Source: Candidatus Eiseniibacteriota bacterium
GTDB lineage: Bacteria; Eisenbacteria; RBG-16-71-46; SZUA-252
Direction: 5' to 3'
NCBI GenBank assembly: GCA_005893165.1
Contig: VBOR01000030.1
Coordinates: 354-64,353, forward strand
Length of the DNA: 64,000 bases
The notes under the pieces are model-generated. The model did no database searches, was not told the DNA's origin, and saw nothing but the letters and a program-made list of their open reading frames with translations. Both the position numbers and the translations under genes were made by a program. How positions within the stretch are numbered: the stretch's first letter is position 1; each line of letters begins with the position of its first letter. Positions 63,592 through 64,000 of the stretch are shown here, piece by piece.

Positions 63592-63906
63592 ATGAGATTC
63601 TACGTGCTAAGGAAAGTGCGTCCGCGGTCGTTGCCGGAAGACTCGTTAGGTTTTCAAGCCTGGATGGCTGCGTCCAGGCGCGTCTATCTAGGCAGTGATG
63701 TTCCCGGTGATCCTGCTGCCCGGGCTCTCAGAATCGGAAGCCCTGAGGAGAGCGAGTTTACAGAGGTGCTGCGTCGGGCGGCAGCGCGGGACACTTCTGC
63801 GGCTACACCGTCGCATCTCAGGGCTCTAGCTATGCTCGCAATGGGTACAGTCCGTCTCCTCGAATTCAACAGGCCGGACAGCGCGTTCTGGTTCGATATG
63901 CCGTGA
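63592..63906 (+). CDS. hypothetical protein in lower-GC region
   Basis: The ATG is preceded by an AGGGAAGG RBS. The 104-aa product has no recognisable family. Confidence 0.3.
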   Translation: MRFYVLRKVRPRSLPEDSLGFQAWMAASRRVYLGSDVPGDPAARALRIGSPEESEFTEVLRRAAARDTSAATPSHLRALAMLAMGTVRLLEFNRPDSAFWFDMP

Positions 63907-63927
63907 GCCTAGGAAGGGCCACGCATT

Positions 63928-64000
63928 GAACTCGAGATTCGTCATCATGGCCGCGCTCACGGTCGGATCCGTGGTCGGAAGCTACTTGCCGACGCTGTGG
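63928..64000 (+). CDS. hypothetical protein, 3'-truncated at window end
   Basis: TTG 63928 (or ATG 63946) is preceded by an AGGAAGGG RBS. The hydrophobic N-terminus MAALTVGSVVGSYLP suggests a signal peptide or TM. Confidence 0.25.

Overview
The window is a 64 kb high-GC (about 70%) bacterial chromosomal segment. Almost all genes are on the + strand, and many neighbours overlap by 4 nt (ATGA/GTGA), which suggests long translationally coupled operons. The many long antisense or off-frame ORFs in the track are GC-driven shadow ORFs.

Recognisable housekeeping genes, in order:
- glycine dehydrogenase C-terminal part (5'-truncated at the window edge)
- a lipoate-protein ligase family gene with cspA, phosphoglycerate mutase gpmI, sppA, an HU-like protein, and a small unannotated ORF resembling ribosomal protein bS22
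- RNase R, two tandem glgC paralogs, and an MltD-like lytic transglycosylase on the - strand
- comEC followed by purN-purC-purH-guaA
- an Slt-like lytic transglycosylase, secA, smg-topA-xerC, argF, dapA-dapB, proS, and rpsT on the - strand
- uvrC with an apparent frameshift, then ogt and a second Xer-family recombinase
- a GH57 glycoside hydrolase

Lineage clues (inference): a secreted M6 metalloprotease with a T9SS-type C-terminal sorting domain, a PorV/FadL-like outer-membrane barrel and the bS22-like ORF together suggest a high-GC member of the FCB superphylum (for example Gemmatimonadota or a related candidate phylum).

Candidates for undescribed biology:
1. A translationally coupled three-gene module at 55.2-59.4 kb. 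It encodes a beta-CASP metallo-beta-lactamase nuclease, a SNF2 ATPase whose N-terminus looks like the RNA-polymerase-binding Tudor domain of UvrD/PcrA, and an Arg-rich partner of unknown function. It sits in a DNA-repair neighbourhood (uvrC-ogt-xer).
2. A four-gene operon of uncharacterised membrane proteins at 4.8-7.9 kb, the first carrying an exported FN3-like domain, with its own promoter.
3. A MutL/GlmL-like ASKHA ATPase paired with a KOW-tailed protein at 1.7-4.7 kb, with no glutamate mutase subunits nearby.
4. A lower-GC 370-nt non-coding stretch ending in a strong intrinsic terminator at 13.3-13.7 kb, which may be a small RNA.
5. A compositional break at about 63.2 kb marked by an 81-bp hairpin (24-bp imperfect inverted repeat), which may be an island boundary.
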